A stretch of DNA of 64,000 bases, from contig NW_005201240.1 in assembly GCF_000372725.1 (NCBI RefSeq), positions 154,250 to 218,249 on the forward strand. Reading direction: 5' to 3'. Made by a program: the position numbers and the translations under genes. Position 1 is the stretch's first letter. Each line of letters starts with the position of its first letter. Below are positions 37,559 to 48,259 of this stretch, piece by piece. A model generated the notes under the pieces. That model was given only the letters and a program-made list of their open reading frames with translations. It was not told the DNA's origin and searched no databases. The DNA comes from Emiliania huxleyi CCMP1516 (taxonomy: Eukaryota).

Positions 37559-38913
37559 TGTGAATCGGGAGGATGTAGCGATGTAGAGCACTAAAAAGGA
37601 GAGCAGGGAAGACGCGGTTGCAGACAAAGCAAACAGTCGGGAAGGACTTCGGCCCGACGGATGGCGTCTCACGACTGTTCACACACACTCTCTCCACAGG
37701 GGACAAGTCTCCTCTGAAAGCTCCTGAGTCGCCTTATCTCTCACACTCCCCCATTGTCTGCAGAGACAACAAAGGTAAGGCGTCGCGCTGATCAGAGGCG
37801 CGAGGTAGTGAACGTGGCATAGTGACCTTCCGTCTCCCGGGCTCAAGGTAGTAGCCTATCGGAGCGGTCGACTGGATGTCAATTGAACAACATGGGAGAA
37901 GCCGATCTGGTAGATCAGCGGACGAGCTTGGCTCGATGCTTGAGGAAGGTCGTCTTGTCGAGAGCCTTCGTCCAGATGTCGGCGCACTGGTCGCTGGTCG
38001 GGACGAACTCGGGCGAGGAGATGTTGTCCTCGTAGTGGAGGCGGCCGAGACGCAGGAACTTCTCAAAGTGTCGGTTGCGAGAGGTGACTCCACCGTTGCG
38101 GGTTGCGAGGACGACGCCGTTGCTGTCGGTGCGGATGGTAGTGGGCATCTTGAACCCGCCTCCGCCAAAGACAGCGACCTGCTGGCAAAACCGAAGGGAC
38201 ATGCTTGCGCCAGCGTAGGCGAAGGACTCGCTTTCGTAGGAGCTCTGCGCGCCGAGCCGTAGAACGCGAGAGCAGCTCGCGACGGGCGCTCCCCCATACC
38301 AGACGCCGTGGCCGTAAAAGGTGTCGGGAATCTGGTTGTACGACGAGTCGCAGTAGACAACCCCGTCGAGATTGGAGGAGGGCGCGCCGAAGAGGAGGCA
38401 CTTGTTTCCGACGCTGTCTCCGTTGTTCGGCTTGAGCAGGATGGAGTGCGTGGAGTCGGGCGGCATGTTGGAATACTTGTCAGACGTGATGTTGTGGTTC
38501 GTGTTGCCGGTGGACTCGGCCTTTCCTTTGGCGGGGTCCTCCATGATGATGCAGGTGATGTCCAGCTGGTTGTCGGCCTTGCCGCACAACTCAGGCTCCA
38601 TGTCCTCCAACCGTATCGAGCGGATGGAGTTGTCGCGCACGAGGTTGCGCGACTCGCAGACGGCCGAGGTGCCGTTCATGACGACCGAGGTGTCGTCGAG
38701 AATCTCACGCGAAGGTGCCATGTGAATCGGGTTCGGGAGGATGTAGCGATGTAGAGCACTAAAAAGGAGAGCAGGGAAGACGCGGTTGCAGACAAAGCAA
38801 ACAGTCGGGAAGGACTTCGGCCCGACGGATGGCGTCTCACGACTGTTCACACACACTCTCTCCACAGGGGACAAGTCTCCTCTGAAAGCTCCTGAGTCGC
38901 CTTATCTCTCACA
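37559..38913 (-). mobile_element. Internally deleted Ty1/copia LTR retroelement (1355 bp)
   Basis: TG...CA LTRs at 37559-37745 and 38721-38913 (6-bp indel). TSD GTTTG at 37554-37558 and 38914-38918. PBS-like TGGCACC and PPT TGGGGGAG on the minus strand. Confidence 0.93.
37915..38721 (-). CDS. Copia-type RNase H ORF inside the LTR element
   Basis: VYCDSSY, AQSSYESE, IRTDSNG, RNRHF and VPTSDQCADIWTKAL match the Ty1/copia RNase HI motif series. Confidence 0.85.
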   Translation of the reverse strand: MAPSREILDDTSVVMNGTSAVCESRNLVRDNSIRSIRLEDMEPELCGKADNQLDITCIIMEDPAKGKAESTGNTNHNITSDKYSNMPPDSTHSILLKPNNGDSVGNKCLLFGAPSSNLDGVVYCDSSYNQIPDTFYGHGVWYGGAPVASCSRVLRLGAQSSYESESFAYAGASMSLRFCQQVAVFGGGGFKMPTTIRTDSNGVVLATRNGGVTSRNRHFEKFLRLGRLHYEDNISSPEFVPTSDQCADIWTKALDKTTFLKHRAKLVR

Positions 38914-39066
38914 GTTTGCGGCAACTGGAGAGGGTGGGTCCGGTGCGCGGTCCTCGGTGGCAGGACGCCCTCCGTCCAAAACTCGCTAAAACGGGCAGGA
39001 GGAGGCCCGCGTCCGCGCGCCGCGCGCGGCAGTTCGGGGCGCATTTTTTTCGGGACGCCGACTTAG

Positions 39067-40539
39067 TTAGTGTGTATTCGCCGATATCTTGTTCAGCCCG
39101 TACATCGAGCGGCTCATGAGCTGTAGCGCGGCGCACGTGGGCATCCGGCAGCGCTCGTACCAGCGGAGCGCCTTCTGCGAGAGGCCGTGGCGGTCGAGCT
39201 GCGCCACGAGCTCCTCGACGTCGCCAAACGCCGTCGAGACGCCCAAGCCGAGCGCGGGCAGCTGCGCGTGCGCCGCGTCGCCCAACAGCGTCACGTGGCC
39301 GTCGCCCCACCGCCACGCCACGGGTAGCTCGGCGACGGTGCTCTCGATGACGTCGGCGGGCGTCGTCGCCTCGACGAGCGCGCGCACGCCGCTCGGCCAG
39401 CCGTTGCTCTTTGCGTACTTGGCCCCGAGGTCGGCGCGCAGCTCGGCGTCGCTGCCGTCGTGGTAGAGTTGCGCCGTCGGGTCGGCGGCGAGGTCGGTCT
39501 GGCTCCACATCACGCCACCGTCGGAGAGACCCATCGTCACCACCGAGAGGTTGTCGCCCGCCACGAAGCCCAGCTCGCCCGGCGTCGACGCGCCGCCGAC
39601 CGCCTCGTGCGCCGCCGCGACGCGCTCGGCGGGAAGCACCGAGAAGGTCGCGCGCAGCCGCGGGATGCGCTCGTCGCCGAGGAGCTGCGCACGCGTCGCC
39701 GAGCGGATGCCGCCCGCGTCAATCAGGTAGCGCACCGTGCGCGGCGGCTGCGCGGCGTCGGCAAAGTAGAGCGTCACACCATCCGCGTCGCCGTGCTGCT
39801 CGTACCGCTCGAGCTGGTGGCCAAAGCAGAAGAGCTCGTCCGGCAGGCCGACCCGCAACGCACGCAGCATGTCCCAGAAGCGCACCGCCACGAACGGCGC
39901 GCCGAGCACGCGCTTCGCGTCGCCGAGCGTGTCGAGCCGGAAGCTCGGCGCGTCCTCAGCGAGAGTGGTGAACGAGAGTGTGTGGATGGTCGTGCAGACG
40001 TCGAGCAGCTGCTTCTCGAGCGTGGGCGAGACGGCGCGGAGCGAGTTGAGCGCGAACGGGTGCATGAACACCGCAGCACCCACCGGGCGGAACGAGTCGC
40101 GTCGCTCGAAGATGCGGACCGAATGGCCGCGCTCGCGAAGCACGTGGGCGAGCACGAGTCCCGCCGGCCCGGCGCCGATGACGCCCACGTCGGCAGTCGG
40201 TCGAGGCGTGGCCGTCGGGACGGAGAGCGCCGCCGTGCCGGCGACGAGCGTGGATAGTATCTTCGTGGCTAGTACACGGTCGGCTTCTATCACGCTCGGC
40301 TTCTCACCGACGGTGGCTCTCGGCTCGCTGTTGTTTGTGTGAAAAAGCAGGTCGGATGTCGTAACACGATGGCCGAACTGAAAGGTGCCTATATGGGCTT
40401 CCAGTCTCGGACCTTCAAGACATGCGCTTTTGGCCGGTGGCCTCCTCGGACATGGTACCTCCGGTGAGATAGTGGCTGCCAGTTCGAGACTGGGGCCGAT
40501 CGAACTTGAGTTGTTCGGAGGAAGGCAGCGCGGAAGCAT
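39067..40539 (-). CDS. FAD-dependent monooxygenase (salicylate hydroxylase / zeaxanthin epoxidase-like), apparently intron-less; start uncertain
   Basis: VIGAGPAGL, FERR, IDAGGIRSATR, TLLGDAAHAQLPALGLG. Confidence 0.88.
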   Translation of the reverse strand: MLPRCLPPNNSSSIGPSLELAATISPEVPCPRRPPAKSACLEGPRLEAHIGTFQFGHRVTTSDLLFHTNNSEPRATVGEKPSVIEADRVLATKILSTLVAGTAALSVPTATPRPTADVGVIGAGPAGLVLAHVLRERGHSVRIFERRDSFRPVGAAVFMHPFALNSLRAVSPTLEKQLLDVCTTIHTLSFTTLAEDAPSFRLDTLGDAKRVLGAPFVAVRFWDMLRALRVGLPDELFCFGHQLERYEQHGDADGVTLYFADAAQPPRTVRYLIDAGGIRSATRAQLLGDERIPRLRATFSVLPAERVAAAHEAVGGASTPGELGFVAGDNLSVVTMGLSDGGVMWSQTDLAADPTAQLYHDGSDAELRADLGAKYAKSNGWPSGVRALVEATTPADVIESTVAELPVAWRWGDGHVTLLGDAAHAQLPALGLGVSTAFGDVEELVAQLDRHGLSQKALRWYERCRMPTCAALQLMSRSMYGLNKISANTH

Positions 40540-41618
40540 GACAAGAAGCGGGACAACCAGATTGCTCAGGCTGCGAAGCGGGAAGAACGACGCCTCCAGA
40601 AGGCCGCAAAGAGAGGATTGGCCGCCGCCCCGGACGAGGGCCTGCACTCCACGGACAAGAAGCGGCGGCGCTTGCTGGAGACGGGTGTGGCGGCGATCTC
40701 CGGCGTCTCGGGTTCGATGCCTACAAACCGGAGGGTGGCTGCGGGGGAGCTGGCGGCGCAGGCACTTGCCGCCTCGGTGCCCCCCCTCTCGCGCGATGGC
40801 GGCGGTGCTGGCTCTGAGCGACCGCGGGGCCGCCCCCAGACGCCGGGACCGGGGCCCGACAACATATGCGGCCTGGCGATTGGATCTGCCCCCGCTGCAA
40901 CTACCACAACTTCGCCAGAAACAGGACTTGTGGTCGCCGCCAGCGAGGGGGAACCTGCGGTGCGCCTAAAGTGGATGGGCCGTGGGGCGGCGGCGGCGGA
41001 CCTAGTGGTAGCGGCGGGGTGGGGCGCACCTACTAGCGACCCCCTGCCTCCTCCGCGTTGGGGCTGCTACCCTACTGGGGCTCCGGACTGTTGCCGTGGC
41101 TAGCTGGGTTGCTGCTGTTGCTGCTTGGCTCGTAATGCTGATGCCGATGATAGTGATGATAGTGTTCGACATGCTGGTGAGGATAACGGTAATGATGTTC
41201 AACATGCTGGTGGATTATGTCTGGATACGTGCCGCTGACGAGGATGATAATGGTGATGATGCTCGACTAACTGGGGTTGCTGCTACTGGTGACGATAACA
41301 TGGTACTGGTGCTGGATCGTCGCTGCTGCTTACGTTGACATGCCTGTGGGAGACGGGCCGCGCGTTAGCCGGAACGGGGCCATGCCAGGCGAGTCGCCTG
41401 CGGCTGGGACGCCAGCCGAGACTAACGGGTTTTCACAGAGGGCTAACGGGTATTTTCTTGCTTCGCTGCGCGGCCTGGGAATAGGTAGGTAGGTGGGGCA
41501 CGGAGCCTGGCGATTGGCGCCCGCAATAGGTAGGTAGGTAGGGCGTTTTGGTGCGAGTCGTGGAGAACAGACCCCCTATCTGGGTAGGAGCCGGAACCCA
41601 GAGGGCGGAAGGTGGGCG

Positions 41619-41791
41619 CTGGGTTCGGACTTTTTGCGGGGTATGGTATGGTAGTCACCTCGAGACCATACCCCCCGCCTGCTGACAGACCCAGCCTCCC
41701 GGCTGCCGGCCTCGGGCGGTCAGGACCATACCCCCCCACCCTTTGGGCCGCGATGGTACCATACCATACCCCGGAAAAAGTTGGAACCCTG
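41619..41791. mobile_element. MITE-like foldback element (~173 bp)
   Basis: 33-bp imperfect TIRs at 41621-41653 and 41757-41789, with a perfect core GGGGTATGGTATGGTA. No TSD recognised. Confidence 0.7.
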
Positions 41792-42355
41792 GGACACTTC
41801 TCCACGAAAAGAAGAATTTTAGGTCCCCTTCAGGGATACTGCGTAGCCCTTCCTGGTGGAGGCGCGCGATTCCGTGACTCTCCTTTTAACGCGCCAATGT
41901 ACCCTCACCGACGGTGCATGGAGTGAATCCGAGTGAAACTAGTTACGCCCGTGCGAAAAAGACGGAAAAAAGGCGGCATGATGACTGCACTCCAAGTGCT
42001 CCAAGATGACACTTGGACTTACAGGCACGACGAATGACAGGCGCCTCTCACCCCGCCGCGCGCTCGCGCCGACACAGCCGCGACGAGACGTGCAGCAGAA
42101 GGTGTCTTCTCGAGGGGTTCTCGAGTGTCTCGAAACGTGTCTCAAGCGACAAGCCGAATCGTACGCGTGCTCAATCATAATAAGCAAGAGTACCACCCAT
42201 AGCCGTACGAGGGAGAGTGAGAGAGGTGAGGGGGACGACGAGAGAGTAGAGAAGTGAGCTCTGAGTAGATTTGAGCAGGGCCAAGGGTGGAGAGAGGCGT
42301 GCATGCCGACACGCCGGACCGCACAGCACATGCAGGCGTGGTGACGGCGACCAAG

Positions 42356-43792
42356 CTAGACCCCGTTGGCAGCCGCCGTCGGGTGGAAGAAGAAGGCGGT
42401 GTACTCGCTGTCCGGAAGGTAGGGGACGTTCGTGGCGGTAATCGGCGGGGAGATCTGGCACTCGCCGGGCGCGCCGCCCTCCTTGTACTGGCAGCAAAAG
42501 TCCTTGCCGGCATAGCCCAAGAAGAACTTGTGGTACTGCGCGTAGCTGAGGCACGTCTGCTGGCAGGCCGAGGCGCTGTCCTCCGCCAGCTGCAGCGTGT
42601 GCATCGACGCGGGGACGTCGGGGCACTTGGCGCCGTTCTGCTGCTGCGACGGCTGCCAGACGCCGTTGAAGGCGAAGCCGGGCTCGATGCCGTTCGGCCC
42701 GTTCAGGTGGAAGCCGGGGTTCGTGTTTGTCATCTTGGGTACGTAGCCGCGAGAAGTCGCGTCCGTGTCGGCGCCAACGAGGCTGTCGATGGCAGCCACG
42801 AAGCCGTCTGCGGCGGCGACGAGGCCACGAGGAGAGGAGGGCGGAGAAGGCGGAGTCGCATCCGCCTGCTCGCCCTCGTTACCGTCGCCCATCATCATTG
42901 CCGCCATGCCGGCCATCGGGTGGCCCTGCGCAGCGAGTGCGACGCCCGCTAGCTCATTGTGGCCCGAGACGAGAGCCGCGCTCGCAAAGAGAGCGCTGGC
43001 AACATCGTCGTGCTCGGGGCTAGTGGGCACGTGTGGCACCGGGCGTAGGCCCGGGACGTTGGGGTGGAAGCCAGGCAAAGTTGCGGTGGGGAGCGAACGG
43101 CTGGTCGGCTGCTCCTTGTCGCCGCCGAAGGAGCCACCGTTGCCGCCGTTGCTGGGCTCGAAGCCGCCGTTCTGCTCCTCGTCGCCGCCGAAGGAGCCAC
43201 CGTTGCCGCTGTTGCTGGGCTCGAAGCCGCCGTTCTGCTCCTGCTCCTCGTCGCCACCAAAGGAGCCACCATTGCCGCCGTTGCCTGGCTCGAAGCCGCC
43301 GTTCTGCTCCTGCTCCTCGTCGCCACCAAAGGAGCCACCGTTGCCGCCGTTGCCTGGCTCGAAGCCGCCGTTCTGCTCCTCGTCGCCGCCGAAGGAGCCA
43401 CCGTTGCCGCTGTTGCTGGGCTCGAAGCCGCCGTTCTGCTCCTCGTCGCCGCCGAAGGAGCCACCGTTGCCGCCGTTGCTGGGCTCGAAGCCGCCGTTCT
43501 GCTCCTGCTCCTCGTCGCCACCAAAGGAGCCACCATTGCCGCCGTTGCCTGGCTCGAAGCCGCCGTTCTGCTCCTGCTCCTCGTCGCCGCCGAAGGAGCC
43601 ACCGTTGCCGCCGTTGCTGGGCTCGAAGCCGCCGTTCTGCTCCTCGATGCCTTGAGCGGGAACTTGCAAAGCAACACCACCCTCTGACGCCGGGAACTGC
43701 TTAGCGCGACCGTCTGGCACGTCGACGACGGGCACGGGCGCCGCGCAGGCGGTCGCCACGAGGACGATTAGGAGTCGCGAGTGGCAGAGCAT
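42356..43792 (-). CDS. Secreted acidic Gly/Asn-rich repeat protein with Cys-rich C-terminal module (478 aa)
   Basis: Signal peptide MLCHSRLLIVLVATACA. Eight EEQ(EQ)NGGFEP(S/G)N(G/S)GNGGSFGGD repeats of 63/69 bp. C-terminal CQQTC...CCQY...C. Confidence 0.85.
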   Translation of the reverse strand: MLCHSRLLIVLVATACAAPVPVVDVPDGRAKQFPASEGGVALQVPAQGIEEQNGGFEPSNGGNGGSFGGDEEQEQNGGFEPGNGGNGGSFGGDEEQEQNGGFEPSNGGNGGSFGGDEEQNGGFEPSNSGNGGSFGGDEEQNGGFEPGNGGNGGSFGGDEEQEQNGGFEPGNGGNGGSFGGDEEQEQNGGFEPSNSGNGGSFGGDEEQNGGFEPSNGGNGGSFGGDKEQPTSRSLPTATLPGFHPNVPGLRPVPHVPTSPEHDDVASALFASAALVSGHNELAGVALAAQGHPMAGMAAMMMGDGNEGEQADATPPSPPSSPRGLVAAADGFVAAIDSLVGADTDATSRGYVPKMTNTNPGFHLNGPNGIEPGFAFNGVWQPSQQQNGAKCPDVPASMHTLQLAEDSASACQQTCLSYAQYHKFFLGYAGKDFCCQYKEGGAPGECQISPPITATNVPYLPDSEYTAFFFHPTAAANGV

Positions 43793-45208
43793 GATGGGCG
43801 CTCGAGACGAGAGGCGGGTGCTTCTCGGGACGGACGAGCTCGGACTTGGAACTTACGCGACGTGGGTCAACAGCGACTCAATCCAACACGCAAATCCATA
43901 GGCAACGCGTAAGGCCAAGGGAATGGCAGAGTCGAACGGCGTCTTCCTTGAGGGAGTGCCCTCAACGCACCCTCTACGGGCGTTGCTTGCAGACAGACGG
44001 AGCGTGCAGGGACGCGAGCAGGCACTTGCTCTGCACACAGGGATTTTAAGGAGAGGAGGGTGGTACTAGCCGTCGCCCACCCTTGGGTATCTGCCTCTGC
44101 CTATCTCTCTTCGCAGTCTCTCGCCAATTCTCGCAGCGGTCTTCATCCCGGCATCCCCATCCCCTTCTTTTCCCGCGGGAAAATTCTTTTTCCTGACGTA
44201 GAATTCTTTCTTTCGGTCAAGAGACTTGAACCTCAAAAGGAGATCCAGAGCGAGAATCCGGAGTCGAAAAAAACAAAGAAAAAAGGAAGGAGGCTAGGAG
44301 GGTGCAGCCGAGGTGCAGTCGCGAGGTGCAGCCGAGGTGCAGTCGAGGTGCAGTCGAGGTGCAGTCGAGATTATCCTACATGGTGCGAGATCCGGGGATT
44401 GTCGTGGTGCTCCGAGATTGCCCGAGATTGCCCGAGCTCATGACCCCTGGACGTATCTTGAACACTCTGGCCTGGGCATCCAATGACCCCTGGACGTCCC
44501 CTGTAACTATTGATATTGATTATTGACAGCATCCCCTCTAACTATTGACAATATATTGACATATTGATCGCTGATTTGTCCCAGACATTGCTTAGATGTG
44601 GGCTGAAATCGAAAAAATCGCGAGTTCAAGGATGTCTGCAGTGATCTGTCGGCGGTCAGTACGACCGATCAGGTCGGAGTTTTCTGATGGTTAGAGGGTC
44701 TATCTGTATGTACTCCTCGAGATCTCTCCAAATCTGCCCTCTAATCAACCGTAATCATTCGGGAAGTCGGTGCTCTGAGCGACTCTGAGCGCCGGAGCCC
44801 CGTTTCCGCACTGCGGCGCGGGCGCACGGTGCCTCCGGGGGCCCCCGCCTCCCCCCAGAGTCCTGACCAGCCCAGGCCCAGCCTCTCCTCTAAATATTGC
44901 CATATGTATTGATATTGATCGCATCTCTAACTATTGGAGCAATATATTCAATATTTTGCGGGTGCCTTAATCGAGAGGTAAGTGCAGGCCCCGCCCCCGG
45001 CGCCAGCAGCAGCGTATTTACACGTTAGTACTGTTCTCTGTTGTGGAGCCCTCGCGCTGACGTACACAGGGCGAATGCGCGAGCGAACGGCGCCCTGTAC
45101 AAGATAGTGCAAGTACACAAAATTTGCTACGAGGGGCAGGCTATACAATACGCGGACGAAGCGCGCCAGTCGCGCCACACCACGGCCCTAGTCTTTCGCA
45201 GCCTCGCG

Positions 45209-47958
45209 TCACACCGCCTTTTTGAAGGTGGGTGCGCTCGAGGGGAGGGCGTCCATTGCGCGCAGCCCCGCCCGTGAGGTTGCGTACGAGCGCACGCGGC
45301 CCTTCTTGAGGTCGTGCACCTCCGAGCGGTTGCCCTCGCCCAGCATGGAGAAGGCGCTCATCTTGACGGCAAAGCACTCCCCCGCATCGAAGCCCGCGAC
45401 CGCCTGCATCTCCCCCATCAGCTCGACGCCGAAGAGAAAGTCGCGAAACTCGCCCGCAAAGTAGAGGGGCAGGCTGGGGACGGCCTTGAAGTCCGAGGGC
45501 GCGCCTCCCGCCGCGGCGCACGCCTCCTCGATGAGCGGCACGAGGCACTTAGTGTTGAGGTTGCCGAGCCTGCAGCACGGGGGCGGAGGAGGAAGGGGCG
45601 GAGGAGGGGTGGGGAGGGGTGGGGAGGGGCTGCAGCACCGCCGAAGACAGCTGACTCCGGCCGAACACGTGTCCTCTCAAGACCTGCTGGAGTACGAGGC
45701 GGTCCGTGGGCAGCATCTAGGCTACCGCGCCACAGGTATGCGAGCGACTTGTGCAGGGCCACGTCCATCAGGAACGGGTCGAGCCCGAGCTTGGGCGGCC
45801 GCAGCGGGTTTGGGCTAAAGGCCTTGACGGCGTCGAGCTTGGCTCGGGCAGCGTCCGTGTCGCGGATGTAGAAGAGCATCATGCACCAGTTGCCCGCCTG
45901 CAGGTCCCCCACCGCTCTCATCGCCATGAGCACGAGACTCGTGCATTCTCCCTGCACCCGCTGCGCGCCCAGTAGCGGTGGGAGATGTAGTAGCCGAGTC
46001 GGTCGGGCAGCACATTGCCCGCGGCGCAGGTGAGGCACTCGGCGCCCAGGTACACGAGTAGCAGCGGGCTCGCCTGGGGGTGAAGAGGATGTGAGCGTCT
46101 GCCCACACACATACAGCGGCGGGAGGCCCACTCAAAAGTGGGACTCTTTGACTGTGGCTCCCTCAAAGCGTGGCTCCTCAAGCGGTCGCCTGCGAGTAAC
46201 CTCGGGTGATCTCGGGTAATCAAGCGTGGCTCCTCAAGCGGTCGCCTGCGAGAGGCCCGCCCAGTCGAAGCCGAGGGTCTCGATGCGCCAGAAGAGGAGC
46301 GGCACGCACAAGCCGAAGCAGAGGTTCCAAGAGTACACGTCGAACGGCGCCTTATCGCAGAGGGAGGCGTGCAGAGGCCGACGCAAGGTGCGAGGAGAGT
46401 AGACGCATCGAGCGGCGCCGGCATCGCAAGGATGTAGGCGTGCATCGCGCCGAGAGAAGCCATCCCGAAGGCGACCGCACCTACTCGCGGCTCATCATAT
46501 CTCGCGGCTCATCTCGCGGCATCGGCGCATCTCGGCGCATCTCGGCGCATATCGGCGCATCTCGGATCATCTTTGCCGTCCGAGGGCAGCAGCAGCGCGA
46601 GCGGAGCCAAGTACCTAAGAGAAGCGGGCAGAGACCGCTCAGAGAAGCGTCCATTTTGGCCAGACCCCGGCCCTGCTCCACGCGCTCGACGGCCGCTGCA
46701 GCGTGCGCCACGGCCTGCCCGAACCTGGTCGGGGAGATTACCCGAGATTGCCCGAGATCACCCGAGATCACCCGAGATTACGTGCGCGACGGCCTGCCCT
46801 AACCTGGTCGGGGAGAGGTGGAAAGGAGAGCGGACGAGCAAGCCGGCGAGCCAGCGCCGCGCGGGCGCGAGGAGCATCGACTGCAGCATGAAGGGGCCTA
46901 CTCTCTGCTCAGCTCTCGGAGACTCTCTGCGACTCTCGCGAAAGGCATCGACCGCCGCAGGGAGGGGCGGCCGTTGACGTACTCGAACCAGGGCCCGATC
47001 TGAGGCGAGGCAAGGTACGGGTGGTGCACAGGTCTCCTCGAGCACAGGAGTGGGTTTGTCCGTGGCCCACGCCTTGCCCACGCCAGAGAAGAACCACTGC
47101 AGCAGCAGCGCGGTCTGCATGCCCGCGAGGCGGCCTAAGGTCACGCCAGCCCAGGTCACGCCAGCCCAGGTCATGCCAGCCCAGGTCACGCCAGGCCCAG
47201 GTCAGGCGTGCTCTCTCTCGCTGTTGAGGTCTCGGCCCGGCAGCCCGACGAGGCGACTCGGCGTCTGGAGTGCAAGGCCCGGGTGCGAGTGCGGTTGCGC
47301 GGGCGCGCCTCGCTCGGCGGGAAAGCATGCAGACAGCAGCACCGAGTAGTATGTGTGGCCGTTTGCGGCGTAGAACTGGGTCGAGTCGGAAAGGAAGTGG
47401 AACGCGTCGCAGCCGCAGATGAGCCAGAGGGCCTGGCGGGAGGGGTGCTGCTTGCTTCTGTGCAGCTCTGACTACTACCGCTAGCCGGAGGGCCTCGGTG
47501 CGGTACTCGCGAGAGGCGAGAAAGGCAAAGATGCCCACGTAGAACAGGAGGTGCGAGAGCAGGTCGACAGCCGTGCGCCGCGTACCGAGGACGGCCACCT
47601 TAGCCAGCTTGACGGTGCCGAGGCTGAGCCGGTACATCAGATTGCATGGCGGTCCGAGATGCCCGTAAATTGGACCTTGGCGGCAGCCGAGCGACTCGGC
47701 AAAGTGCTGCCAGACGATCAGCTTTACAAAGCCGTGCAACAGTGGCTGTTTGTGCGTGCTCGGGCCCACTGCGAGCAGAGTCAGCGCAAAGCAGCCGTAG
47801 TTAATCAGGAGGAGGGTGAAGTGCCAAATGTAGACGACTGCCGGACGCCTGAGTCCGTGGAGCATGATGTCGATGGCGCAGCGGTCGAGCCGCTCGGCAA
47901 GCGGCATCGCGCTCCACTGAGTGCTCGTCACCCCTTCCATGTCGCGAGGAGTCGCCAT
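45209..47958 (-). CDS. DUF3556-like multi-pass membrane protein, multi-exon
   Basis: KLIVWQHFAESLG, LGTRRTAVDL, WFFSGVGK, DVYSWNL and GNVLPDRLGYYISHRYW|AGNW resemble DUF3556 motifs as I recall them. Confidence 0.65.
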
Positions 47959-48259
47959 TTGGCGTTGTCGTGAGAGCACGTGGGCTCTATTTCGATGGCG
48001 TGGACCGGCACAAGGCGTTGTTGTCCGTGCAACTGTACCCTGCCGCAGTCAGCTGCTGTGTAGAGCTCTACCAGCGAAAAAGGAGAATTTTAGTATAAAA
48101 GGAGAATTATGGGGACGTGAATTCCGGCAAGGTTTTTGCTCGCCTTCCCTGGGACCCCGTGTTGCATGTCACTGTCATCACTGTGCGATTTCGGGGCCCG
48201 GTTGTGCGTTTACGTGAATTCCGGCCGTGACGAGAGAAGCTATAGATGCAGCTAACGGG

